From: Thermoanaerobaculia bacterium
GTDB taxonomy: Bacteria > Acidobacteriota > Thermoanaerobaculia > Gp7-AA8
DNA: 51,429 bases
Direction of reading: 5' to 3'
Assembly (NCBI GenBank): GCA_036260495.1
Contig: DATAMS010000647.1
Span: 1 to 51,429, forward strand
Below, piece by piece: positions 1-8,213 of the stretch. A model generated the notes under the pieces. It searched no databases and was not told the origin of the DNA. It worked only from the letters and a program-made list of their open reading frames with translations. Each line of letters begins with the position of its first letter. Position 1 is the stretch's first letter. The position numbers were made by a program, and so were the translations under genes.

Positions 1-59
1 CCCAGCTAGTACCTCTTCGCAGCACCTCTGCTTTGCATTTCCCTTAACAACCAAATCTC

Positions 60-641
60 TTGGACATCCGAACAGTCGAGTTCTCCCGAGCGGCATACAA
101 AGCCGGCGACTTTCCGACTGACCGCAGACCGCAATTTGCGATGGTCGGCCGGTCGAACGTCGGAAAATCGAGTGTCATCAACGCGGTTCTGAAACGAAAA
201 GGCATCGCCCGCGTGAGCCAGACGCCTGGGAAAACGCAGGCCATTCAGTTCTATCTCATCAACGAACGCTTCTACATCATCGACTTTCCCGGTTACGGCT
301 ACGCGAAAGTTCCGCGCGACATCGCCCGCTCCTGGGGCGAGCTGGTGCGCGGATATCTGGAGAGCGCCGATGCCCTCAAGCTGATTTTCATTCTTCTCGA
401 CGTGCGGCGAACTCCAAGCCCTGAGGATCGTCAAATGCACGACTGGACGGTCGCGTCGGGAATCGACGAACGAATCCTTCTCACTAAGACCGACAAGCTT
501 TCGAACAATCAACTCGTGAAGAGCCGCGCAGCGATCGCGAACGAGCTCGAGATCACCGAAGACCGCCTCATCAACAGTTCGGTCATCACGAAAACAGGAA
601 TCGAACAAGTACGGCGCGAGATCGCTTCGCGGCTCCAGTAA
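60..641 (+). CDS. engB: Ribosome-biogenesis GTP-binding protein EngB/YsxC
   Basis: 193-aa ORF opening with TTG just after an in-frame TAA (45-47). P-loop [15 protein letters not shown] (G3) and TKTDK (G4) occur in EngB order and spacing. Confidence 0.85.
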   Translation: MDIRTVEFSRAAYKAGDFPTDRRPQFAMVGRSNVGKSSVINAVLKRKGIARVSQTPGKTQAIQFYLINERFYIIDFPGYGYAKVPRDIARSWGELVRGYLESADALKLIFILLDVRRTPSPEDRQMHDWTVASGIDERILLTKTDKLSNNQLVKSRAAIANELEITEDRLINSSVITKTGIEQVRREIASRLQ

Positions 642-670
642 CGCCATCCCAATCAACGAGGTCTGAACCA

Positions 671-2248
671 ATGTCTGAAACGGAATTCGAAGAAGAAACG
701 CCGGTAGCGGTCGCGGAGTTGCCCGCCCCGAAAGCGGAAAAGGCCGTGCGCAAAACCACGCGCAAGCCGAAAGCGGACAAGGTTGCCGCGCCCGCCGAAG
801 TGGCCGGAGAAGCTCCGGTCGATGAGCCAGTTTCCGCTGACGAGACCGAAGTCGAGCCGGCCGTCGAGGTGAGTGGCAACGAGGCTGATGCCGAACCCGA
901 GCCGGTCGTGGCATCGCCGCCGCCGGTCGACGTCGAGAACGATCGCCCCTCGCCGCCAACGCTCAACAAGCGCAGCGATCCGACGCTGGCCGCCGAGACG
1001 CTCGACATCCGCGTGCTCAAAGAGATGAAGCTTCCGGAGCTGACCAAGGTCGCCAAGGAGCATGGCATCGAGAACGCCACCGGCATGCGCAAACAGGATC
1101 TGATTTTTTCGGTGCTGCAGGTGCAGACCGAAAAGTCCGGTCTCATCTTTTCCGAGGGCGTTCTGGAATGTCTGCCGGACGGCTTTGGCTTTCTGCGCGC
1201 TCCCGAATACAACTACCTTCCCGGTCCGGACGACATCTACGTTTCGCCGTCGCAGATCCGCCGCTTCGATCTTCACACCGGCGACACCGTCTCCGGCCAG
1301 GTGCGTCCGCCGAAAGAAGGGGAACGTTACTTCGCGCTCATCAAAGTCGAGGCGGTCAACTTCGAGCATCCCGACGTCGCGCGCGAGAAGATTCTTTTCG
1401 ATAATCTGACGCCGCTCTATCCCGAGCACCGCATCAAGCTCGAAGTGCCCTCGAACATGTCGTCGCGCGTGCTCGACCTCATCGCGCCGGTCGGCAAAGG
1501 GCAGCGCGGTCTGATCGTCGCGCCGCCGCGCACCGGCAAGACGATGATCCTGCAGGCCATCGCCAACTCGATCACCAGCAACCATCCCGAAGTGACGCTT
1601 ATCGTGCTGCTCATCGACGAGCGTCCGGAAGAAGTCACCGACATGCAGCGCAGCGTGAAGGGCGAAGTGATCTCATCGACGTTCGACGAGCCGGCTTCGC
1701 GTCACGTGCAGGTCGCCGAGATGGTCATCGAGAAGGCCAAGCGTCTCGTCGAACATCGCCGCGACGTCGTCATCCTTCTCGACTCCATCACTCGTCTGGC
1801 ACGCGCCTACAACACCGTCGTGCCGCCGTCCGGCAAGGTGCTCTCCGGCGGTGTCGACTCGAACGCCCTGCAGCGCCCAAAGCGCTTCTTCGGCTCCGCG
1901 CGTAACGTCGAAGAGGGCGGCTCGCTGACGATCATCGCCACAGCCCTGATCGACACCGGCTCGCGCATGGACGACGTCATCTTCGAGGAGTTCAAAGGCA
2001 CCGGCAACATGGAGGTCCACCTCGACCGCAAACTCTCCGACAAGCGCGTCTTCCCGGCCATCGACATCAACAAGTCCGGCACGCGCAAAGAGGAACTGCT
2101 CCTCGAGCGCAACGAGCTCAATCGCATCTGGGTCCTTCGCAAAGTCTTCTCGCCGCTGTCGACCGTCGAGTCGATGGAGCTGCTCGTCGAGAAACTGGAG
2201 AAGACAAGAACGAACTCGGAGTTCCTGAACGCGATGTCGTCGATGTAG
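671..2248 (+). CDS. rho: Transcription termination factor Rho with N-terminal acidic/Pro-Ala-rich extension
   Basis: 525-aa ORF. Rho hallmarks are present: FGFLR RNA-binding region, Walker [36 protein letters not shown] and [10 protein letters not shown]. The first ~100 aa are low-complexity E/P/A/V-rich. Confidence 0.95.
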   Translation: MSETEFEEETPVAVAELPAPKAEKAVRKTTRKPKADKVAAPAEVAGEAPVDEPVSADETEVEPAVEVSGNEADAEPEPVVASPPPVDVENDRPSPPTLNKRSDPTLAAETLDIRVLKEMKLPELTKVAKEHGIENATGMRKQDLIFSVLQVQTEKSGLIFSEGVLECLPDGFGFLRAPEYNYLPGPDDIYVSPSQIRRFDLHTGDTVSGQVRPPKEGERYFALIKVEAVNFEHPDVAREKILFDNLTPLYPEHRIKLEVPSNMSSRVLDLIAPVGKGQRGLIVAPPRTGKTMILQAIANSITSNHPEVTLIVLLIDERPEEVTDMQRSVKGEVISSTFDEPASRHVQVAEMVIEKAKRLVEHRRDVVILLDSITRLARAYNTVVPPSGKVLSGGVDSNALQRPKRFFGSARNVEEGGSLTIIATALIDTGSRMDDVIFEEFKGTGNMEVHLDRKLSDKRVFPAIDINKSGTRKEELLLERNELNRIWVLRKVFSPLSTVESMELLVEKLEKTRTNSEFLNAMSSM

Positions 2249-2254
2249 GTTTTC

Positions 2255-2286
2255 GGGGGTGGGGTGTCGGAGGTGGGGAGTGGGAG
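2255..2286 (+). repeat. G-run repeat (GGGGGTGGGGTGTCGGAGGTGGGGAGTGGGAG) in the rho/pxp convergent spacer
   Basis: It starts 7 nt after the rho stop. It shares the exact 12-mer GTGGGGAGTGGG (2273-2284) with 6392-6403. Confidence 0.7.
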
Positions 2287-2350
2287 ACGCGAATCAAGAG
2301 CCGTCTATTGGCCAGCGTTCGTTGGCCTGAGCCGCCGAACTGCTTCAGCG

Positions 2351-3805
2351 TCAATCTCCACCGACAACTTCGAACCTGATCTGCTCGCCCGGCGCAAGCT
2401 GGGCGAGCTTCCACAGATCCTTCGAGATCACTGTCGCAGGCTGGAGATAGCCGCCGGTCACCGGATGATCCGGCCCCATCGCCACGAGACTCCCGTCCGC
2501 ATGCCATTGCAGCGTCCCGAACTGCATCCCACACGAAGGCAACTCGCGAAAATCGTGTAGCGCCGTCGTTTGTCGTAGCGCCGGCGGCTCGCCGGCTGTA
2601 TCGCCGCCGGCCCGGCGGCGAAGTCGAATCCCAATCCGATTCAGCTCCGAAGTCACCTCCCACTCTTCCGGCAACGGCGGCGCATCGTGCGGCCCGGCAA
2701 CGACGCGAATCACGTGCAAATCGCCTCGATCAAATGAAGACGCAACCGCGGACGTCCCAGGACCAGACACCGCAAACAGCGAATCCCCTTTCCGCAGCAC
2801 GCGCGGCCCCTCCGCAAACTGCGCCCGCATCTCATCGATGCCGCCTTCGATTGCAAGGTATCCGCGAAGACCACCGTGAAAACGCCCGATGTCGAGCTCC
2901 TCTCCAGCAGACAACGTGAACGTCCGAACATTCCCGCTCCCATCGCAAAACGCGGCACGTTTCGCAACGCGAAACCGCAATCGTGGCGCGACGAGCACGC
3001 ACTCCAACAACGGCACATCGCCATTCCCAACCGCGCGATTCGCGCTCGCCGCCGCCGTCACATCGAACGCTCCGCCCGGCGTAACGCCATACGTCGCGCG
3101 CTTCCACTCGCGCGTTCCGACGATCGTCGTGAGCTGCCCCGGCATCACGACCTCGGCGACCACATCACCAATCGCGTCGATGCGATCGACAGTAGGCGCA
3201 TCGAAGTGATCGATCGACGCGGCGCGCAGAGAAACGACATCGCCCGGCGCGAACCGATTCGGCGGCTCCGCATTTGGATCCCAAAGCGTGGCATTCGTCC
3301 GCCCGAGGAGGTTCCATCCGCCCGGCGAATCGACGGGATAGAAACCCGCCATCGCTCCGGCAACCGCAAAACTTCCTCGTGGCACGAGATTCCGCGACCG
3401 CTCGCGGCGCGGCATCCGCCACTCCTCCGGCCACCCTTCGAGATAGGCGAAGCCGGCGCGAAACCCGAGGTAACGAGCGGTGAGGCGCAGCGACGGAATG
3501 CGGGTCAGGAACGCCTCGCGCGTGACCCGCGCTTGCGCGAGCAGCTCGTCGAGATCGGGGCCCGAGAAATCAACGTCGATGACGTGCGTCCGAGAAGCGA
3601 TCGTAATCGGCGGGACGTCGTCAAAATCGATCTTCGGCGCTCCGCGAAAAATTACATAGAGCGATTGATGACCGACGATGCACGCGACGACATCCTCACG
3701 TGCGCGCAACGCCGCCGCGCGCGCATGAAGCTCGGTGGCCGCGACATCCGCGCCGAAATCGGCGAGAAGGCCTCGATCGCCGGCACGCGTGACTTTCGGC
3801 GTCAT
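2351..3805 (-). CDS. Fused 5-oxoprolinase subunits PxpB-PxpC (KipI/KipA, allophanate hydrolase subunit 1+2 family)
   Basis: The ORF track gives 2351..4165. The N-terminal 120 aa look like antisense noise, so I take the internal ATG at 3805 (MTPKVTRAGDRGLLADFG). The N-terminal half is KipI-like (GFAYL, FYPVDSPGGW) and the C-terminal half is KipA-like (GVTPGGAFD, GPDHPVTGGY). Confidence 0.8.
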   Translation of the reverse strand: MTPKVTRAGDRGLLADFGADVAATELHARAAALRAREDVVACIVGHQSLYVIFRGAPKIDFDDVPPITIASRTHVIDVDFSGPDLDELLAQARVTREAFLTRIPSLRLTARYLGFRAGFAYLEGWPEEWRMPRRERSRNLVPRGSFAVAGAMAGFYPVDSPGGWNLLGRTNATLWDPNAEPPNRFAPGDVVSLRAASIDHFDAPTVDRIDAIGDVVAEVVMPGQLTTIVGTREWKRATYGVTPGGAFDVTAAASANRAVGNGDVPLLECVLVAPRLRFRVAKRAAFCDGSGNVRTFTLSAGEELDIGRFHGGLRGYLAIEGGIDEMRAQFAEGPRVLRKGDSLFAVSGPGTSAVASSFDRGDLHVIRVVAGPHDAPPLPEEWEVTSELNRIGIRLRRRAGGDTAGEPPALRQTTALHDFRELPSCGMQFGTLQWHADGSLVAMGPDHPVTGGYLQPATVISKDLWKLAQLAPGEQIRFEVVGGD

Positions 3806-3835
3806 ACGTGCAGATGGTAACGTGCGGAGCCGATC

Positions 3836-5323
3836 ATGACAGACGAACACACACACAATGGCTGCAACCACGGCGAGATGCTTCAGGACGTCGCGCGCCA
3901 GGCGATGATCGACAAAGGCCTCGCGCCCGATTTTTCTGCCGACGCTGAGAAACAGGCGGAGGCGGTGACGGGACCGGCGCAGGATACCGACGCGTCGATC
4001 AAAGACCTGCGCAATCTCCTCTGGTGCTCGATCGACAATGACGACTCGCGCGACCTCGACCAACTCACGGTCGCCGAGGACCTCGGCGGCGGAAACGTTC
4101 GCGCGATGATCGCCGTCGCCGACGTCGATGCCATCGTCAAGAAAGGCTCGCCGATCGACGATCACGCGCGCCAGAACACGACCTCGGTCTACACAGCCGC
4201 GCGCATTTTTCCGATGCTGCCCGAAAAGCTATCGACGAACCTGACGTCGTTGAATGAAAACGAAGAACGGATCGCGCTGGTCATGGACATCGTGGTCGAT
4301 TCCACCGGCTCCGTGACGAAGGGCGACGTCTATCGCGCACGCGTTCACAACAAAGCGCAGCTCGCCTACAACGCCCTCGGCATGTGGCTGGAAGGAAAGG
4401 GCGAATTGCCGGCGAAGGCGAAAGCGGTACCGGGCCTCGCCGAGAATCTCAAGCTGCAGGACAAGCTCGCCGATACGATGCGCGAGCTCCGCCACGAGAA
4501 CGGCGCGCTCGATCTCGAGACGATCGAGGCGCGCGCGGTCATGAGCAACGGCCACGTCGTCGATCTGCAGGTGGAGGCGCGCAACAACGCCAAGAACCTG
4601 ATCGAGGACTTCATGATCGCGGCGAACGGCGTCAGCGCACGTTATCTCGCGGACAAAGGTCTGCCCAGTCTGCGCCGCGTCGTCCGTTCGCCGGAACGCT
4701 GGGATCGCATCGAAGCGATCGCCGCGCAGTACGGCGAGAAGCTGCCAGGCGAGGCCGATGCGCAGGCCCTCGAAGAGTTTCTCGTTCGCCGCCGCAAAGC
4801 CGATCCGCTCCGTTTTCCCGATCTATCGCTGGCAATCGTGAAGGCGATGGGTGCGGGCGAGTACGTCGTCGAGATGCCTGGCCAGACGCCGATCGGCCAC
4901 TTCGGATTGGCCGTGAAGGACTACACGCACTCGACCGCGCCGAACCGGCGCTTCCCCGATCTCATTACGCATCGTTTGATCAAAGCCGCGCTCGCGGGCG
5001 CGACTTCGCCGTACACGCGCGAGGAGCTCGAAGCGCTGGCGACGCATTGCACCGAGGCGGAAGATGCGGCGAATAAGGTGGAGCGCCAGGTGAGGAAGTC
5101 TGCTGCTGCCTGCATCCTCGAGCCGCGCATCGGCGACCGCTTCGACGGACTCGTTACCGGCGCGTCCGAAAAAGGAACGTGGGTGCGCGTCTTCCATCCG
5201 CCGGTCGAGGGGAAGGTCGTGCACGGCGCGCAAGGGCTTGACGTCGGCGACAAGGTCACCGTCAAGCTGATCGACGTGAACGTCGAGCGCGGCTACATCG
5301 ACTTCGTGCGCGTCCACCACTGA
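3836..5323 (+). CDS. RNB-domain exoribonuclease (RNase II/R family) with C-terminal S1-like domain
   Basis: 495-aa ORF. RNB motifs are present: DSRDLDQ and HFGLAVKDYTHSTAPNRRFPDLITHR. The C-terminal stretch GDRFDGLVTGASEKGTWVRV resembles an S1 fold. Confidence 0.8.
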   Translation: MTDEHTHNGCNHGEMLQDVARQAMIDKGLAPDFSADAEKQAEAVTGPAQDTDASIKDLRNLLWCSIDNDDSRDLDQLTVAEDLGGGNVRAMIAVADVDAIVKKGSPIDDHARQNTTSVYTAARIFPMLPEKLSTNLTSLNENEERIALVMDIVVDSTGSVTKGDVYRARVHNKAQLAYNALGMWLEGKGELPAKAKAVPGLAENLKLQDKLADTMRELRHENGALDLETIEARAVMSNGHVVDLQVEARNNAKNLIEDFMIAANGVSARYLADKGLPSLRRVVRSPERWDRIEAIAAQYGEKLPGEADAQALEEFLVRRRKADPLRFPDLSLAIVKAMGAGEYVVEMPGQTPIGHFGLAVKDYTHSTAPNRRFPDLITHRLIKAALAGATSPYTREELEALATHCTEAEDAANKVERQVRKSAAACILEPRIGDRFDGLVTGASEKGTWVRVFHPPVEGKVVHGAQGLDVGDKVTVKLIDVNVERGYIDFVRVHH

Positions 5324-6645
5324 GACGCGAGCGCGAGCAGGAAAAGCGCCGGCGCGGCGAGGTGCATCAACAATCGGTTGGCCGTGACTGCGATCAGGTC
5401 GGTGACGACCCATTCCGTGGCGACGTAGACGCCGCAGTAGATGGCCAGCATCGACACGATGACGGCGATGGCGATCGTGGCCGCGCGGCGATCGACGCGG
5501 ATCGCAAATGCGCCAGCGATGATGACGGCGATCCAGAAAATCCCCCAGCTCGAGAAGGCGATCATGTGCTGTGGAAATGCAGTCAGCGCGGCGCGAAGGT
5601 GGTCCAGCTTCTCCGGAATCGTCGGCAGCATGCGCACGAAATTCTCTTCGTCACCAACCGGGATGCGCCCTCGCCAGACAAGGAGTGCGACGGCGGCGAT
5701 GATTGCGAAGATCGCGGGCGTGGCGATCCTCTTTCGAAAGACGAACGCGCCGATGACGAGGAAGACCAGCGCGAATGGCAGCCCTTCGCTCTTCGTGAGG
5801 ATGAGGAAAGCGAGCCAGAGTCCGAAGCGAATCTCGCGGTAGTCTGCGGTCGCGAGGTCTCGCGGCTGCGAGGTCTCGCGATCCTTCTCCCCGATGGAAG
5901 ACCGCGAGACCGCAAAACTGCGAGACCTCGCGACCGCATCCACCAACTCGAAAAACGCGCCTGCCGCAAACGCGGCGATGGCGATGTCGTTGTACGCCGA
6001 GAGCGCGCCTCCTTCCGTTGCGATGGCAAACTGCGGAATCCAGACGAGCAACGCTGCGCACCAGGCACCGATTGCGGGCGAGATCAGATTCGCGATTCGC
6101 TCGCGCACCAGCAGCGCGAGCGCAGCGAGGAGTCCGGCGTAAAGCCAGCGAACTTGACGATCGTCGAGACTGTGCGAAAGAGCAAAGATCACGGCGCCAT
6201 CGATCGGAATCAGGATCGGATATTGGTTGCGCGGATCGAGCGTTGCGCCCTGAAAGAACGGCCCATCGATCGATCGCTCATGCGCGATCCCCTTCGCCTT
6301 CAACACCCAGAACGCGCGGCCATCGAAGTCGTTGAGCGGCGTGACGGCAGCGATGAACGCGAGAACGATCAGCGGAATGGCCATCAGGATTGTGGGGAGT
6401 GGGGTGTGGGGTGTTGGGTGTGGGGTGTCTCCTTTGTATTTGCGGTAGGTCCACACTGCGCCGCCGATGCTTGCAATCAGCAACAGCGCGAATCCAAGCA
6501 CCAACGGCACGTGCACTACGCCAGCGAGGAAGAGAATCGTCCCGAGGAGACCGACGCCGAATAGAAATGCTTCGCCCCAGCTTCGTCGCGCGACGCTCCA
6601 GCCCACGAGCGGAAAAAGGACGAGCGTGATGACGAGGCCGATCAT
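5293..6645 (-). CDS. Polytopic membrane protein, possibly a GT-C/ArnT-like glycosyltransferase; carries two in-frame repeat insertions
   Basis: 450-aa ORF with many hydrophobic helices and an ILTKSEGLPF-type loop. Its start overlaps the upstream stop (ATGA at 6642-6645). Its 3' end overlaps the convergent RNB gene by 31 nt. Confidence 0.6.
   Translation of the reverse strand: MIGLVITLVLFPLVGWSVARRSWGEAFLFGVGLLGTILFLAGVVHVPLVLGFALLLIASIGGAVWTYRKYKGDTPHPTPHTPLPTILMAIPLIVLAFIAAVTPLNDFDGRAFWVLKAKGIAHERSIDGPFFQGATLDPRNQYPILIPIDGAVIFALSHSLDDRQVRWLYAGLLAALALLVRERIANLISPAIGAWCAALLVWIPQFAIATEGGALSAYNDIAIAAFAAGAFFELVDAVARSRSFAVSRSSIGEKDRETSQPRDLATADYREIRFGLWLAFLILTKSEGLPFALVFLVIGAFVFRKRIATPAIFAIIAAVALLVWRGRIPVGDEENFVRMLPTIPEKLDHLRAALTAFPQHMIAFSSWGIFWIAVIIAGAFAIRVDRRAATIAIAVIVSMLAIYCGVYVATEWVVTDLIAVTANRLLMHLAAPALFLLALASQWWTRTKSM
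5845..5938. repeat. 94-nt palindromic element inside a CDS
   Basis: Perfect 19-bp arms: TGCGGTCGCGAGGTCTCGC (5845-5863) pairs with GCGAGACCTCGCGACCGCA (5920-5938). An inner imperfect pair and a direct repeat of GCGAGGTCTCGCG are also present. It is read through in frame. Confidence 0.85.
6392..6429 (+). repeat. G-run heptad repeat inside a CDS (G4 consensus on the + strand)
   Basis: The sequence is GTGGGGAGTGGGGTGTGGGGTGTTGGGTGTGGGGTGT. It has five G3-4 tracts separated by 2-4 nt and is translated on the minus strand as TPHPTPHTP. Confidence 0.8.
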
Positions 6646-7706
6646 CGATTGGGCTGGGACTCCGGCCAGTAAAAATCAGTCTTGCCGTTCAGTTCTCGCG
6701 TCGTTACGAAGGCATACACATTTCCGCTGACAGCCGGAATCGCGTTGATCGGTTTCGTCACGATCGCGTGCGGCATGATCGGAATCGTCTCGGGACCAAC
6801 AGTCGTCACAGCGATCGAGTCGCTGAAATTGAGAAGAAAGAGTTTCGCATCGCGATGAAGCGGAGCCGCCGGAATGTGCGTGGCGAACCGCTGCACATTC
6901 GGCAACCGCGTCGCATCACCGCGTCCTCGGTTCACGAAATAGAACGCCGTGCGCAGTGGAAGGCGTGACTCAATCTGCATCCAGCCGCTCTCCGTGACGC
7001 CGAAAAGTTGATAGACGAGGTCGTAGTACGCGACGCTGTCACCGGCCTCCATCCTCAGCGTTCTGCTCTCGCCTTTGGGCCAGAATGTGATGCGAACCTC
7101 GTTCGTGCGGGGAAGACGTTCCATCAGCGGGCTGTTCGGCGCAGGTCCGTTCTGACCAACGCTCTGGTACAGGAGCGTCGCTTCGATGATGAACGTCTCC
7201 GGCGAGGCACCATCGATTGAGGCCGCGATCGGCAGAATGAACGACGTTCCCGGCTCGCTCAACTGTGGCGTCATGACCTCGCGATGGCCCGCGCGCAACT
7301 CGCGATCGCGGAGAATTTCGTACGATGTCCGCTCCGCCTTTTCTGATGTCACCGCGACGATGGTCTTCGGCCGCGTCGGATCGGGAGCGGCGTTTCGATA
7401 GTCGTTTCGTCCGGCAAATAGTCTGGTGCGGATCGGATACAGATAGTAATTCGCGAAGATGGCCGCCTCGGTATCCCGAATGCCAATGACCAGCGCGACC
7501 GGCTCTTTTTTTGGAAGCGTTCTGCGCAGCGATTCGATCGATGCGTACCACGCGCCCATCTGCCGCTCTCTTCGCGCCTCGTACGGCAGCGGCAAGAGCG
7601 TCAGCGCTTCGCGCGTACGTGCGACCAGTCGCGGCAACGTCGTTGCTGCGAGCGAGAGCAACAGCAGCGCGCAGAAAACGCGCGGAATCAGCGAGCGGTT
7701 CCTCAT
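6642..7706 (-). CDS. Hypothetical protein with N-terminal membrane anchor/signal
   Basis: 354-aa ORF with a hydrophobic N-terminus (VFCALLLLSLAATTL). It is translationally coupled on both sides by ATGA overlaps at 7703-7706 and 6642-6645. I recognise no motif. Confidence 0.6.
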   Translation of the reverse strand: MRNRSLIPRVFCALLLLSLAATTLPRLVARTREALTLLPLPYEARRERQMGAWYASIESLRRTLPKKEPVALVIGIRDTEAAIFANYYLYPIRTRLFAGRNDYRNAAPDPTRPKTIVAVTSEKAERTSYEILRDRELRAGHREVMTPQLSEPGTSFILPIAASIDGASPETFIIEATLLYQSVGQNGPAPNSPLMERLPRTNEVRITFWPKGESRTLRMEAGDSVAYYDLVYQLFGVTESGWMQIESRLPLRTAFYFVNRGRGDATRLPNVQRFATHIPAAPLHRDAKLFLLNFSDSIAVTTVGPETIPIMPHAIVTKPINAIPAVSGNVYAFVTTRELNGKTDFYWPESQPNR

Positions 7707-8062
7707 CCTTCGCCGGCCGATACGACATGATTGTTCGCGCCCAGAGTCACGATGCGCGGTTTGTGCGCGATGGTCTGCCCTTCATGAAACGTGGCAAAGG
7801 AAAGGATGCTGATCGTGTCGCCGGTGCGCACTGGCGAGCGCGCCCCTGCATGCAACGCGATCTCGCCGCTTCCCGACTGCGCCGGCTCGACCCACGTCCG
7901 AAACCGCTCGCCCGTGCCCGTGTTGACGACCTCGACCTCCTCGAACGGCAGGATCTCCGCGGCATTCAAAACAAACGCATCAACGCGCAGCGAGACCGGC
8001 CAGAGCGTAGCCGCGCTGGTGACGACCGCGTTCTGAATGACGGCGTGGAGGAGGGTGCGCAC
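7703..8062 (-). CDS. PanD-like double-psi beta-barrel protein (divergent aspartate 1-decarboxylase homolog)
   Basis: 119-aa ORF with a GTG start. It is colinear with PanD (VT..A, D..L.AA.IL..E.V.VVN...G.RF.T, GD.I.I.SF) and lies downstream of panB-panC. The canonical catalytic motifs are altered (see findings). Confidence 0.7.
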   Translation of the reverse strand: MRTLLHAVIQNAVVTSAATLWPVSLRVDAFVLNAAEILPFEEVEVVNTGTGERFRTWVEPAQSGSGEIALHAGARSPVRTGDTISILSFATFHEGQTIAHKPRIVTLGANNHVVSAGEG

Positions 8063-8099
8063 TGGACTAATCGTATAACTGCATTCGGCTGTGCCGAAT

Positions 8100-8213
8100 G
8101 CGTTGTCGGTTGTCGGTTGATTGCGCTTCGCGCGTTGTCAGAGATGCGGACCGGCGAGACAACCCGCGCGACCGGCAACGCGCGAAGCACAATCAACCGA
8201 CAACCGACAACGC
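8100..8213. repeat. Long palindrome with heptamer-repeat arms between panC and the panD-like gene
   Basis: 37-nt arms at 8101-8137 and 8176-8212 with one mismatch. The arms contain tandem GTTGTCG units and the spacer is 38 nt. It is preceded by an 8-bp hairpin (8081-8101). Confidence 0.9.

Noticed and set aside
6-1585. Long minus-strand ORFs (6..959, 586..1212, 653..1585) antisense to engB and rho. Similar long antisense ORFs occur elsewhere: 13770..15044, 19266..20513, 28711..30018, 37137..39086, 43407..44660 and 45475..47205.
   Set aside because: Their products are Arg/Ala/Gly/Pro-rich, low-complexity and motif-free. They lie exactly opposite genes with strong family signatures. This is typical stop-codon-poor antisense framing in high-GC DNA.
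5293-5323. The 31-nt overlap of the convergent 3' ends of the RNB ribonuclease and membrane-protein genes, considered as a regulatory antisense arrangement.
   Set aside because: Short convergent overlaps are common in compact high-GC genomes. There is no additional structure here, so it is not distinctive enough to report as a finding.
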